Part shown: positions 46,312 to 56,188 of the stretch, one piece after another
Layout: each line of letters starts with the position of its first letter
Position numbering within the stretch: the stretch's first letter is position 1
DNA from: Polyangiaceae bacterium
Lineage (GTDB): Bacteria > Myxococcota_A > Polyangia > Polyangiales > Polyangiaceae
DNA length: 64,000 bases
Reading direction: 5' to 3'
NCBI GenBank assembly: GCA_965222375.1
Contig: CBDCTZ010000013.1
Span: 320,001-384,000 of the forward strand
Notes under the pieces: generated by a model
Seen by the model: the letters and a program-made list of their open reading frames with translations, nothing else
Told to the model about the DNA's origin: nothing
Databases searched by the model: none
Position numbers and translations under genes: made by a program

Positions 46312-47511
46312 ATGCGCCGAGTTATCATCTTTTCTTCTTTGGTATTGGGCACTTGCGCACTGTGGGCGTGCAGCGCTTCCGACGAGCACGACCATGCTAA
46401 CGCGAGCCCCGGCGCCAGCGCAGCCTTCGAGGACGCCTACGAACAGACCGAGTTCGGCAAAGCCGACTCTTCCGGCTGTTCCGGCGTGGTCGTGCCCGAT
46501 TCCAGCGGTTTCAACAAGCGCGTGGCCATGACCTTCGACGATGGTCCCAATCCCGAAACCACGCCCCAGGTCCTCGACATCCTCAAGAAGTACTCAGTTC
46601 CGGCGGCCTTCTTCATCAACGGTAGCCGCGTCAACGGTGACAGCGCGCGGGCCGTGCTCGACCGGATCTTGGCCGAAGGCCACATCCTGGCCAACCACTC
46701 CCAGAAGCACCTCAATCTCAAGACCCTTTCATCCAGTGCCGTCAACGAGCAGGTCAAGCTCACCCACGACATCATCGCGGGAACGGGAATCACTCCGAAG
46801 TACTTTCGCTTTCCCTTTGGGTCCGCGAACTGCTCCGCCATCGACATCGTCGAAGGCTACGGGCTGATCGTAACCGGTTGGCACATCGATTCCGGTGATT
46901 GGTGCTACGCCTCGGCCAAGGGCGGCGTGGGCTACTGCCACCCGGACACATTCCGCTACGTCCCGGATTCCTTCCGGTCTGACATGGTGGGTTACACGCT
47001 GTCGCAGGTTCGTAAGCGCAAGGGCGGAATCGTTCTTTTCCACGACATTCATCAGAACACCGCGGACAGCGTCGAGGCCGTGATTTCCACTCTCAAGAAT
47101 GAGGGCTACACCTTCGTGAACGTGGATGATGAGGCCACATTCCCGGTGCTCAACGGGGGACAGCCCGTCCCCGTGCCCTTCGTCGGGGACCCCTGCGAAA
47201 AGAACGAAGACTGCACGTTCACCAACGGGTCGCAGACGGGCTCTTGTCATCGCTACACCCCTGCGGGCAGCACCCAAGAGGAAGGGTTCTGCACGGTGGG
47301 TTGTGAAGGCTACTGCCCGGACAAGACCGGCAAAGCGCCCACCTTCTGCGCCAGCCTCGATGGCGGACAGAGCGGTAGCTGTGTCTCGAAGTCTGGGACC
47401 GCCAACGACAACTGCGCAGTGCTGCCCGGCACGAGCGCGCAGACTGTTCAGCGCTTCGTCGGCTCCAGCGGCGCGCCGCCGGTGTCTTCCACCGTGTGTC
47501 TACCGGAGTAG
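46312..47511 (+). CDS. Polysaccharide deacetylase (NodB/CE4) lipoprotein with Cys-rich tail
   Basis: TFDDGP, NHSQKH, FRFPFG, DSGDW, IVLFHD; lipobox LWAC. Confidence 0.93.
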   Translation: MRRVIIFSSLVLGTCALWACSASDEHDHANASPGASAAFEDAYEQTEFGKADSSGCSGVVVPDSSGFNKRVAMTFDDGPNPETTPQVLDILKKYSVPAAFFINGSRVNGDSARAVLDRILAEGHILANHSQKHLNLKTLSSSAVNEQVKLTHDIIAGTGITPKYFRFPFGSANCSAIDIVEGYGLIVTGWHIDSGDWCYASAKGGVGYCHPDTFRYVPDSFRSDMVGYTLSQVRKRKGGIVLFHDIHQNTADSVEAVISTLKNEGYTFVNVDDEATFPVLNGGQPVPVPFVGDPCEKNEDCTFTNGSQTGSCHRYTPAGSTQEEGFCTVGCEGYCPDKTGKAPTFCASLDGGQSGSCVSKSGTANDNCAVLPGTSAQTVQRFVGSSGAPPVSSTVCLPE

Positions 47512-47542
47512 GCGCAAGCGGACTGCAGAGCGAGGGACCGAA

Positions 47543-48187
47543 TTGGCCGCCTTTCGATTCGATCCCTTGGGCCCCGACCTGTTCAAAGTCGGAGAGAGCC
47601 CGTTTCGAGTGCGGGGCCTCGCCTACATGGCGCTGCGAGCCTACGCAGACCACAAGGTCGACGGCGGCATGCAGGCCGTCTTGAAGAGCCTCGAAGACGA
47701 CCCCTTCGCGAACTACTACCAGCAACTGTTCATCGCAGCTGGCGACTACGACGCGGCGCCGCTGATGCATCTATTTCAGATTCTTGCGGACCGCACAGGC
47801 AGAGACGTGGGCGAGTTCATCTTCCTTCGTTCCCGGGCTTCCGCTGTTCAAGACTCCACGGGCATGTGGAAACCACTGCTCAAGTCATCCTCTCCGACCG
47901 CCATGGCGGAGCGGCTACCCCTGGCATTCAACCGCTACTTCGAGCCCTGCGCTGCCACCGTGCAGCAGACTCGGTCGACGGAGTTCTTGGGTACCCTGCG
48001 CAATGTGCCCGAATGCATGAGCGGGCTGTACTGCGAGAGCACCAACGGTTTCGTAACCGCTTGCCTAGAGTTGGCTGGTGCGCGAGATGCCAGCATCGAG
48101 TGGTTGGGTCGGGACTCCGCGGGCGCCTTGAACGGCGTGCCGATCCAAACTTGGCGCTTTCGCGCTCGCTGGAAGCTGGCCGACTAG
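47543..48187 (+). CDS. Hypothetical protein (Myxococcales DUF2378/TIGR02265-like)
   Basis: RVRGLAY...FIAAGDYD...LELAGAR pattern; TTG start after GAGGGA. Confidence 0.65.
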   Translation: MAAFRFDPLGPDLFKVGESPFRVRGLAYMALRAYADHKVDGGMQAVLKSLEDDPFANYYQQLFIAAGDYDAAPLMHLFQILADRTGRDVGEFIFLRSRASAVQDSTGMWKPLLKSSSPTAMAERLPLAFNRYFEPCAATVQQTRSTEFLGTLRNVPECMSGLYCESTNGFVTACLELAGARDASIEWLGRDSAGALNGVPIQTWRFRARWKLAD

Positions 48188-48218
48188 GTTCAACGGAGTC
48201 CTCCAACAGGGTGGGCGT

Positions 48219-48866
48219 CTACCATCCTTCGGGAATGGTGCCCTTCAAGCAGTGAATCGTATTCGGGGACAGGGGCGTGGACATCCGCGCTCGTTTGGGT
48301 TGCTTGGTAGTTCCATCCACCAGCCCTTCCTCTGGCGACCATCGCGGCGCTGCTCCTGGCAGTAGACTGTGGAGGCCACTCTGCCAAATCCCAATAACAT
48401 AGGTGTGCCCGGCGACCCGACAGCCCATTCGATCGGCCAGAGCGTGTGCAAAGCGGCGGCCAGCACTGGCTCCGAAACTCTCACAGGTCCTGAGCCAGAA
48501 CAGGCTGGATGGCGCCATCCTTCGGACCAGGGCGTCGATTCCCGGCGCGTAGGCACTACCCCGAAGCAGTGCACGCTCATCCAGATGTTGCCCTCCGAGT
48601 TGGGCGTTGCCCCACTTGCCATGGCTCCACCACTGAACGTCAGCGATCCGAGCGTCTTCGGGCAACACGGAAAACCAGCTCAACACCTGGTCGAGCCCGG
48701 TAGCCGCCACAGTGTGCGTACTCCGGCCTAGCCGATAGTAGAGCCTCGCCCCAAGCGCCCAGACAGGAGAAAGCCCGGGTCGACTGGCGCTGACGACATC
48801 GGTCGCATCGTAGATCACCACGCGAAGGGGCTTTGCCGCATCTCCATCGTGGCCTCCGTAGGGCAT
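48219..48866 (-). CDS. Hypothetical protein, DUF4347-like (His-Gly...Cys)
   Basis: VQWWSHG...FWLRTCESF...GRRFAHALADRMGCRVAG; start uncertain. Confidence 0.7.
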   Translation of the reverse strand: MPYGGHDGDAAKPLRVVIYDATDVVSASRPGLSPVWALGARLYYRLGRSTHTVAATGLDQVLSWFSVLPEDARIADVQWWSHGKWGNAQLGGQHLDERALLRGSAYAPGIDALVRRMAPSSLFWLRTCESFGASAGRRFAHALADRMGCRVAGHTYVIGIWQSGLHSLLPGAAPRWSPEEGLVDGTTKQPKRARMSTPLSPNTIHCLKGTIPEGW

Positions 48867-48886
48867 TCGTGACAAAAGTGGGGTCG

Positions 48887-49255
48887 GTGCCACGAACTGT
48901 CCAGCCTCTGGGGCGAGCTTTTTTGGCCGCGCTGCTCTGCCTTGCCGCATGTGCAGAAACCGCAGAGCCAACGCGCGCGCCCCAAGTGTGTGAGCCCTTG
49001 TCGTTTCGCGCTTGCGATACGGATGCCTGTCGCGCCGTGGAGCAATGCAAGGAAAGCGGACTCTCCTACTCACCGTGCACCTGCGTGATCACGGACGCCG
49101 GCTACGCCGACGCGCCAGATCTAGGCGTCTCGGACGCTGCAGCGGAAAACGACGCTTCCAACGATGACGCGAAACCCGACGTCGACGCCAGCGACACCTC
49201 CGCGGACAGCTTGGACGCGTTGGAAGCCGGCGACGCGGAGTTCGAGGCGGGCTGA
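48887..49255 (+). CDS. Small Cys-containing lipoprotein with acidic DA-rich tail
   Basis: LAAC lipobox, six-Cys module, DAG/DAS tail. Confidence 0.65.
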   Translation: MPRTVQPLGRAFLAALLCLAACAETAEPTRAPQVCEPLSFRACDTDACRAVEQCKESGLSYSPCTCVITDAGYADAPDLGVSDAAAENDASNDDAKPDVDASDTSADSLDALEAGDAEFEAG

Positions 49256-49366
49256 CCCCACCGGCATGCGAACGTCCCCAGGACAGCATCACCGACCTAC
49301 GCTTCGCCGGAGAAAGGCGACGAAAATGCCTACACCTTCCGAGCTCCGGACTAGGATCGTGCCCGC

Positions 49367-50341
49367 GTGAGTGATCCCTCCTCAATGGACGTTGCGGACC
49401 AGCCCGGCGCCATCGTCGACGGCAAGTACGCCTTGATCGAGTGCGTGGGCGAAGGCGGGATGGCTCAAGTGTGGAAAGCGCTGACTTACGGCGCCCACGG
49501 GATCCGGAGCACCGTAGCGGTCAAACGCATCCACGAACAGTACAACGACTACCCAGACGCCATTGCCATGTTTGTGGAAGAAGCGCGCGTGGGCGCTCGC
49601 TTGCGCCACCCCAACATCGTGCAGATTCACGACTTCGGCGTTGACGGTGCAGGCCGCCACTACTTGGTCACGGAGTTCGTGGAGGGGATCCACTTCGGCC
49701 AATACGTGTCCAGTTTCACCAAAGACGGCCGTCGCCCGCCCTGGCCAATGACCACCGCCATTGGCATCGAAACTCTACGCGCGCTGGATGCCGCACACAC
49801 GGCGACGGACGAGGAGGGCAATCCCATCGCTGTATTGCATCGCGACGTGACGCCGCCGAATATTCTGTTGGACATCGTCGGCGTGACCAAGCTCGCCGAC
49901 TTCGGGTTGGCCCGGGCCATGGACCGCGGGCGGATCACGCGCCCGGACATCGTCAAAGGCAAGCTGAGCTACCTGGCGCCAGAGATGGCTGCCGGGCAAG
50001 ACCCGACACCCCAGTCGGATCTCTACAGCCTCGGGATTGTGCTTTGGGAAGCCTACGTCGGAGGTCGCCTGTTCAACGCGGAAACCGACATCGAAGTGCT
50101 ACAGATGGTGCAAAACCCCAGAGTTCCCTTGTTGGCCAGCAAGGTCCCCGAGCTTCCCCTGAACCTGTCCACTGCCATTCAACGGGCTCTCGAGCCCGAC
50201 CCGACGCGCCGGTACGCGTCGGCAGAGGAGATGCTGGACACTTTGCGGGGCGTGCTGCGCGTGCATCCGACCACGACCGGGGGACAGCACTTCGCCCGCG
50301 CGATCCGCGAGGCCCGCGCTCGGCTGGGCAAAGGGGCCTAG
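49367..50341 (+). CDS. Cytoplasmic Ser/Thr protein kinase
   Basis: GEGGMA, VAVK, HRDVTPPN, DFG, GKLSYLAPE. Confidence 0.94.
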   Translation: MSDPSSMDVADQPGAIVDGKYALIECVGEGGMAQVWKALTYGAHGIRSTVAVKRIHEQYNDYPDAIAMFVEEARVGARLRHPNIVQIHDFGVDGAGRHYLVTEFVEGIHFGQYVSSFTKDGRRPPWPMTTAIGIETLRALDAAHTATDEEGNPIAVLHRDVTPPNILLDIVGVTKLADFGLARAMDRGRITRPDIVKGKLSYLAPEMAAGQDPTPQSDLYSLGIVLWEAYVGGRLFNAETDIEVLQMVQNPRVPLLASKVPELPLNLSTAIQRALEPDPTRRYASAEEMLDTLRGVLRVHPTTTGGQHFARAIREARARLGKGA

Positions 50342-50371
50342 TTTTCCACCAAAAGCCCACATGATTTGCGT

Positions 50372-50392
50372 AATTGAAAACCATTTTCAATT
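50372..50392. promoter_or_regulatory. Fur-box-like operator upstream of feoAB
   Basis: AATTGAAAA-CCA-TTTTCAATT perfect-armed AT-rich palindrome 21 bp upstream of feoA. Confidence 0.85.
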
Positions 50393-50413
50393 GCGCTAGA
50401 CCCTCTCCGAACC

Positions 50414-50698
50414 GTGCAACTCGCTGACGTCCCCATTGGAACCACCGCCACCGTCGAGCGCATCGGCGGCGAGCGAGCGTTCCGTCGCCGCCTGATGGAG
50501 CTTGGCCTCGTTCCCGGCACCCACGTGGCCATGGTCGGAATCGCCCCCTTTGGGGATCCCATGGAGCTGCTGGTGCGAGGCGCTAGCCTGTCGATCCGCC
50601 GAGCAGAAGCCAAAGAAGTGCGAGTCGTCGTGGTGGAGCAAGAATCCAGCGAGCAGAGCGCGCTCGTCTTGGATCGCGGTTGCCGAGACTCGTCGTGA
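50414..50698 (+). CDS. feoA: Ferrous iron transport protein A
   Basis: RRLMELGLVPG...APFGDPM...LSIRRAEA. Confidence 0.95.
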   Translation: MQLADVPIGTTATVERIGGERAFRRRLMELGLVPGTHVAMVGIAPFGDPMELLVRGASLSIRRAEAKEVRVVVVEQESSEQSALVLDRGCRDSS

Positions 50699-52905
50699 GC
50701 CAAGCCGTTCAGCTCTCGCCCGACGACGCAAGGCCCCCCGTCGCGTCGGGGGCTCAAGCCAGCATCGTCATCGTTGGCAACCCGAACGTGGGCAAGACGA
50801 CGCTTTTCAACGCGCTGACAGGGCAGCGTGCCCGAGTCGGCAACTATCCGGGAATTACGGTCGAGCGACGTCTTGGCCGCATCGAAATCGGCACCGACAC
50901 CACCATCGAGGCAGTGGATGTGCCTGGCGCCTACTCGCTTTGCGCGCGCTCCGCGGAAGAGCAAATTGCCATCAACTCCGTGCTCGGCATCGCCGGCTAC
51001 CCCGAGCCGGCGATGGTCGTTCTTGTGGTGGACAGCGGCCAGCTCATCCGCAACCTATATCTTGCGCTGCAGCTCGCGGAGCTTGGTGCGCCCTTCGTGA
51101 TCGCGCTGAACATGATCGACGAAGTTACCGAAGCGCCGCCGAGTGCCGAAGCGGTCGGAGCCTTGTTCGGAGTGCCCTGCGTGAGCACGGACGCGCGCCG
51201 AAAGACTGGTATCGACAAGCTCAAGTCGGCGATTGCCGACGCGCTGAGGACGCCTCCAACGCCCAGGATTCATGTCGCGTATCCGCAGGACTTGCTGAAG
51301 TCTGCGGACCGGGTCGCCGAGACCTTGCCAGACGCCTGGCGGGGCAGCGTGGAGCGCGACCGTGCCCTAGCCCTGTGGGCGCTCAGCAGCGTGGATGTCG
51401 ACGATGAACTCGCCGACTTTCCGCAAGAAGCTCGAGAGATGTGCTTGCAGGTGCAGCAGGAATCGGATCCGAAAGACCTGGACCGCTCGATCATCGCTGC
51501 CCGCTACGAGTTCTTGGACGATAGCGCTCACGCACTCTACGCCGAGTCGCGTCCGGATCCCCGCAAGCGTCCCTCCTCGGAGCGAGTCGATCGGATTTTG
51601 CTCCACCCCGTTTTCGGCTTCGCCATCTTCATCGGAGTGATGCTGGCGTTGTTTCAGGCCCTGTTCTCCTGGGCGGATCCAGCCATCGTGGTCGTCGAGA
51701 CGGCCTTCGGCGTCGTCGGCAAGTTGGTGCGTGCGGTTCTGCCAGCGGGGGTGTTCAGCGACCTGGTCGTCGAGGGCCTCATTGGCGGTGTCGGGAATGT
51801 GGTCGTGTTCCTACCGCAAATCCTACTGCTGTTTCTGTTCATCGGTATCCTCGAAGACAGCGGCTACATGGCGCGGGTGGCGTACTTGATGGACCGCATC
51901 ATGAAGGCCCTGGGCCTGCATGGCCGTGCCTTCGTCCCCATGCTGTCGGGCTTTGCGTGTGCGGTTCCGGCGATCATGGCCACCCGCACCATGGAGCGTT
52001 TTCGGGATCGCTTGCTGACCATGTTGGTCATTCCGCTGATGACCTGCTCTGCGCGTCTTCCGGTCTACACCTTGATCATTGCAGCGCTGTTCCCACCGTC
52101 CACGGTGTTGGGCTGGGTCCCGGTTCAAGGGCTGCTCATGGTCGCGATGTACCTGTTTTCGACCCTCGTCGCGTTGGCCGCCGCGGCAGTATTGGGGCGC
52201 ACGGTCGTCAAGGGCCGAAGCGTGCCGCTGCTGCTCGAGCTGCCGCCCTACCGAATGCCCGGGGCACGCGCGGTGCTGCGACAGATGTGGGATCGCGCTG
52301 TGTTGTTTTTGAAAGAGGCAGGCAGCGTCATCCTCGTCGCGACAGTCGTGCTGTGGGCACTTCTGTCCTTTCCCAAGGCGCCCCCAACGGCAGAATCGCC
52401 GTCACAAGCCGTCGCGGCCACACAGGTTTCACGGGATGCCGCGCCAGCTGCGCGGACCGAGGCGCAACAAAGCGCCGCCGCATTAGAACACAGCTATGGC
52501 GGACGCCTCGGCAAAGCCTTGGAACCCGTGATTCGACCGCTCGGCTTCGATTGGAAGATCGGGGTGGGCATCATCGGCGCTTTCGCGGCTCGGGAGGTTT
52601 TCGTCTCGACCCTTGGGCTGGTCTACGGCATCGGAGACGACGTCGACGAAGAATCCGATTCCTTGCGCGAAAAGATCCGTACGGAAAAGCACGCAGACGG
52701 TTCCACCATCTACACCCCGCTGACCGGCCTGAGCCTGATGGTTTTTTTCGCCCTGGCGTGCCAATGCATGAGCACGCTGGCGGTGCTGAAGCGCGAAACC
52801 CGCAGTTGGCGTTGGCCTGCGTTTCTATTCGTCTACATGACTGGCCTGGCCTACCTAGCCAGTCTGTTAGTGTTTCAACTCGGAAAACTGTTCGGCTTTA
52901 GCTAG
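50695..52905 (+). CDS. feoB: Ferrous iron transport protein B
   Basis: GNPNVGKTT, VGNYPGITVE, DVPGAYSL, NMID, LEDSGYMAR, CSARLPVY, AAREVFVSTL. Confidence 0.97.
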   Translation: MSQAVQLSPDDARPPVASGAQASIVIVGNPNVGKTTLFNALTGQRARVGNYPGITVERRLGRIEIGTDTTIEAVDVPGAYSLCARSAEEQIAINSVLGIAGYPEPAMVVLVVDSGQLIRNLYLALQLAELGAPFVIALNMIDEVTEAPPSAEAVGALFGVPCVSTDARRKTGIDKLKSAIADALRTPPTPRIHVAYPQDLLKSADRVAETLPDAWRGSVERDRALALWALSSVDVDDELADFPQEAREMCLQVQQESDPKDLDRSIIAARYEFLDDSAHALYAESRPDPRKRPSSERVDRILLHPVFGFAIFIGVMLALFQALFSWADPAIVVVETAFGVVGKLVRAVLPAGVFSDLVVEGLIGGVGNVVVFLPQILLLFLFIGILEDSGYMARVAYLMDRIMKALGLHGRAFVPMLSGFACAVPAIMATRTMERFRDRLLTMLVIPLMTCSARLPVYTLIIAALFPPSTVLGWVPVQGLLMVAMYLFSTLVALAAAAVLGRTVVKGRSVPLLLELPPYRMPGARAVLRQMWDRAVLFLKEAGSVILVATVVLWALLSFPKAPPTAESPSQAVAATQVSRDAAPAARTEAQQSAAALEHSYGGRLGKALEPVIRPLGFDWKIGVGIIGAFAAREVFVSTLGLVYGIGDDVDEESDSLREKIRTEKHADGSTIYTPLTGLSLMVFFALACQCMSTLAVLKRETRSWRWPAFLFVYMTGLAYLASLLVFQLGKLFGFS

Positions 52906-52955
52906 CGGCGAGCAATTCCCGGTGCCCAGGTCGGAACGATCGCCTGACGTGAGGC

Positions 52956-53813
52956 CTAGAAGTGACCGCTCACGCTCGCGAAACCGCCGCCGCGAGTGGG
53001 CAGCACGTCCACGTGCACCCGGCGGGCACTGTCTTCAGCCGCAGCATCCCCGCCCCCACCCGAGGGCTTCAGGAAGAAGTACGTGGCCAGCCCGAGGGAG
53101 ACAACGCCCACGCCCAGGCCGATATCCGCGAACAAATACTTCTGCTTGATGGGGTCGATGTCGTCGTCGGTGCAGGTTTTGGTGTCAGCGCACGCTAAGC
53201 CATTCTCGTCGCTCTTGCCGGTCAACGCGAAAAACGCAAAAGCACCCAGGCCGACAGCGCCGACGCCCGTGAACACGTAGGCCAGAGTCTTGTCACTGGC
53301 GTCATCCGTAGACACTCCGGCACCGCCCCCAGTTGGCGTTTCGCCGCCGTAGTCCGCCACGATGTTCTGGGCCTTCTGGCCTTCCTTGACCGTGAAACGC
53401 ACCTCTTTCGTCCCGTGTTCGGCACTCTCGAAGGTGAAGACCTGACCACCGGGATCCATGGGCAGGGAGCGACCGTCCAGGGTCTCGGCGATGACTTCCT
53501 CGCCAATCAGAACCCGCACATCACTGACTTCTTCGCCCTTGACCTTGGCGCTGAACACGACAGTCGGAAGCTGACTGTCAACCTCACCGAGCCACTTGCC
53601 ACAGTCTCGCTTGATGAAGTCCGGACACGCGGCCTGCGCGCAGATCAGCAACGCTTCACGCGCCGCGCGTAGTTTGCTTTGGGACTTGAGCTCTTGGCTC
53701 TTTTCGTACGCCCCGGCGCACTCTTTTGCGTCCGCCTGCGCCGTCGCGGTGACTGACAGGGGGAGCAGCAGGGCGGCGCCGATGACAGCCCCGTGGGAAA
53801 TCCTAGAAGCCAT
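52956..53813 (-). CDS. Secreted protein with PEGA-like domain and C-terminal hydrophobic segments
   Basis: Signal peptide, CAQAACP...DC, MDPGGQVF, terminal SVSGHF; follows a kinase gene. Confidence 0.8.
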   Translation of the reverse strand: MASRISHGAVIGAALLLPLSVTATAQADAKECAGAYEKSQELKSQSKLRAAREALLICAQAACPDFIKRDCGKWLGEVDSQLPTVVFSAKVKGEEVSDVRVLIGEEVIAETLDGRSLPMDPGGQVFTFESAEHGTKEVRFTVKEGQKAQNIVADYGGETPTGGGAGVSTDDASDKTLAYVFTGVGAVGLGAFAFFALTGKSDENGLACADTKTCTDDDIDPIKQKYLFADIGLGVGVVSLGLATYFFLKPSGGGGDAAAEDSARRVHVDVLPTRGGGFASVSGHF

Positions 53814-53855
53814 GGGCCAAGTGTAGTTCAAGTGTGGCCAGAGCTACAGAAACTC

Positions 53856-55481
53856 TCAGAGGCACTCGGGCTTCACCCGTTTCACACCGCTCTTGTCGAC
53901 GTAGTAGGGTGGACTGCAGTTCTTCGCCGGCTTGGGCGCAGGCGGTGGGGGTTTCGGCTTGGTTTTAGGGGGTTGCGGCTTAGGCGGCCGCCAGGCCCGG
54001 GTTGGCACAGGTTTGGGCGCCGGAACGGGCTTGGCCTTGGGTTCCTCCACCTTCGGGTCTTCAGGAGGATCGTCCGCGGCAGCGGTTGCACTCGGCACCG
54101 GGTCCGGCTCCACCGCAGTTTCCGTGGGGGCAGCTGGCGCGGTCGGTTGCTCAGGCGTGGCCGGCACATCCAGGACGAGGTCCGGCTCTGGCTCGCGATT
54201 GATGAATACGAAAAGCACGACCAGAAAGGCGATCCCGAGCGCGACGGCGATACCCACTAGAGCCGCGACGATTCCGCTCCTCTTGCCGGAGGTTTCGTAC
54301 TCGTAGCTCGGCGCGGTCACGTTGGATGGGTTGGTTGCGATGTGAGCCGCCGGAGGGGCAAGCGCGGGCGAACTCAACTGCGAGTTCCTAACCTGGGAGG
54401 GCGATGTCACCTGGGACGGGACTTCGTTCAGGGGATTGGAGCCCAGAGGTACCGGCGAACCCGGGGCCGACATGGGAGGAACTTGCGGACCGACGTGAGA
54501 GGACACGCTCTCGATCTCTGCGACTTGCTCGGCGCGCTTATTCAGCGAATCCCCGCCGACCTCCTCGACCCACTCGCCCACCTCACGGGGCAGGGCAACG
54601 TGTCCGGACTTCTCGAGGGCAATCGCGAAATCCCGAGCGCTGGCGTAGCGGCTCTCGGGCTCTCGACGAAGCGCGAGTAGCACCAGATCGTCGACTTCCA
54701 CCGGCAAGCTGGGCTCGATGCTCGTCGGCGGCGGCACCTTCACCTCCAGGAGTTTCGTCAACACCTCTCCCGGATCGCTGCCATCGAAAAGACGCCGTCC
54801 GGTCAGGGCCTCCCACAGCACGATGCCGGCAGCGAAGACATCAGTACGCCGGTCGACGCCCTTCCCGCGCATTTGCTCGGGCGCCATGTAGCTGATCTTG
54901 CCCTTCATCTGGCCGTCCCGGGTCGTGGACACCCGCATGGCGGCCTTCGCAACACCAAAGTCGAGCACCCGGGCCACGCCATCGGTCCCCACCAGGACAT
55001 TTTGTGGGCTGACATCTCGATGCACGATGCCCAGGGGTCGTCCACGCTCGCTCTTGGCTTCGTGGGCAGCGTGCAACCCATGCAGGGCGCCGGCCATGAT
55101 GCTCATGGCAATCCGCAGGGGGACGGGCTTGTTCATTCGTCGGGCAGCCCGGATCAGCTTGGATAGCGCCTCACCCTGGACGTACTCCATGACCAGGAAC
55201 AGTTCGTCGTCGACGGCGACGATGTCCAAGGTCGGCACCACGTTTGGGTGCTGGATACGGGCCGCCAACCGGGCCTCGTCCACGAACATGGACACGAAAT
55301 CCGGGTCCTTGGCGAATTGCGGATGCAGGCGTTTGATGGCTACGGTGCGGGAGAAGCCGACCTGCCCAACCAGCCGCCCGAAGTGCACCGTCGCCATGCC
55401 ACCGGACGCAACTTCCCCATAGATGGCGTAGCGCCCGACGATTCGGGGTTGAAATTGCTGGGAAGCCGGGGCGGCTTGCAT
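53856..55481 (-). CDS. Membrane Ser/Thr protein kinase
   Basis: SGGMATV, VAIK, HRDVSPQN, DFG, GKISYMAPE, TM, C-terminal CSPPYYVD...KPECL. Confidence 0.95.
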   Translation of the reverse strand: MQAAPASQQFQPRIVGRYAIYGEVASGGMATVHFGRLVGQVGFSRTVAIKRLHPQFAKDPDFVSMFVDEARLAARIQHPNVVPTLDIVAVDDELFLVMEYVQGEALSKLIRAARRMNKPVPLRIAMSIMAGALHGLHAAHEAKSERGRPLGIVHRDVSPQNVLVGTDGVARVLDFGVAKAAMRVSTTRDGQMKGKISYMAPEQMRGKGVDRRTDVFAAGIVLWEALTGRRLFDGSDPGEVLTKLLEVKVPPPTSIEPSLPVEVDDLVLLALRREPESRYASARDFAIALEKSGHVALPREVGEWVEEVGGDSLNKRAEQVAEIESVSSHVGPQVPPMSAPGSPVPLGSNPLNEVPSQVTSPSQVRNSQLSSPALAPPAAHIATNPSNVTAPSYEYETSGKRSGIVAALVGIAVALGIAFLVVLFVFINREPEPDLVLDVPATPEQPTAPAAPTETAVEPDPVPSATAAADDPPEDPKVEEPKAKPVPAPKPVPTRAWRPPKPQPPKTKPKPPPPAPKPAKNCSPPYYVDKSGVKRVKPECL

Positions 55482-55582
55482 ATGGGATGGAAGAATAACA
55501 GATGGGCCGGATGGCGGGTAATCAGCGGAGGGTACGCACCAGGCGTCCGTCAGATCTTGACGCACCGCGGCATGGTCCGCCA

Positions 55583-56188
55583 GTGGACGCCGAGTTTCTG
55601 TCTCAGCCGGTGCTAGCTCTGGCGCGCCGATTGGTGGGCAGCTTGTTGCTGCACAAAACGCGGGTTGGATGGGTCGGCGGACGAATCGTCGAGACAGAAG
55701 CGTACCGCGGGCCGGACGACCAAGCCGCGCACAGTTACGCAGGTCGCCGTACACCCAGAACGGAGGTTATGTATGGGCCAGCGGGCCGCGCATATTTGTT
55801 CTTCCTCTACGGCATGCACTGGAACTTCAACGTCGTCGCCGGCGCGGTCGACCAACCGCACGCAGTACTCGTTCGTGGGCTCGAACCGATCTGGGGCGTG
55901 GAGCTCATGGCCAAGCGCCGCGGGCTCGGAGTAGACGACGTGAAGTTGACGAACGGACCAGGCAAGTTGTGTCAGGCACTCAGCCTGAACCGCTCGCACT
56001 ACGGTGCGGACCTCACCCAAGGCCCTTTGCTGCTGCTGCCCGGAAAAGCAGTGCGCGTGGCGCGCAGCCCGCGCATCGGAATCGACTACGCCGGCGAGTG
56101 GGCCGCCCGACCGTGGCGATTTTGTGACCCAAACAGCCGCTACCTATCCCGACCGCCGCGCTTGCAAGGTAGGCTCAAGCGACCATGA
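55583..56188 (+). CDS. mpg: DNA-3-methyladenine glycosylase (MPG/AAG family)
   Basis: GRIVETEAY, YGMHW, AVLVRGLEP, NGPGKLCQAL, PRIGI, PWRF. Confidence 0.93.
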   Translation: MDAEFLSQPVLALARRLVGSLLLHKTRVGWVGGRIVETEAYRGPDDQAAHSYAGRRTPRTEVMYGPAGRAYLFFLYGMHWNFNVVAGAVDQPHAVLVRGLEPIWGVELMAKRRGLGVDDVKLTNGPGKLCQALSLNRSHYGADLTQGPLLLLPGKAVRVARSPRIGIDYAGEWAARPWRFCDPNSRYLSRPPRLQGRLKRP

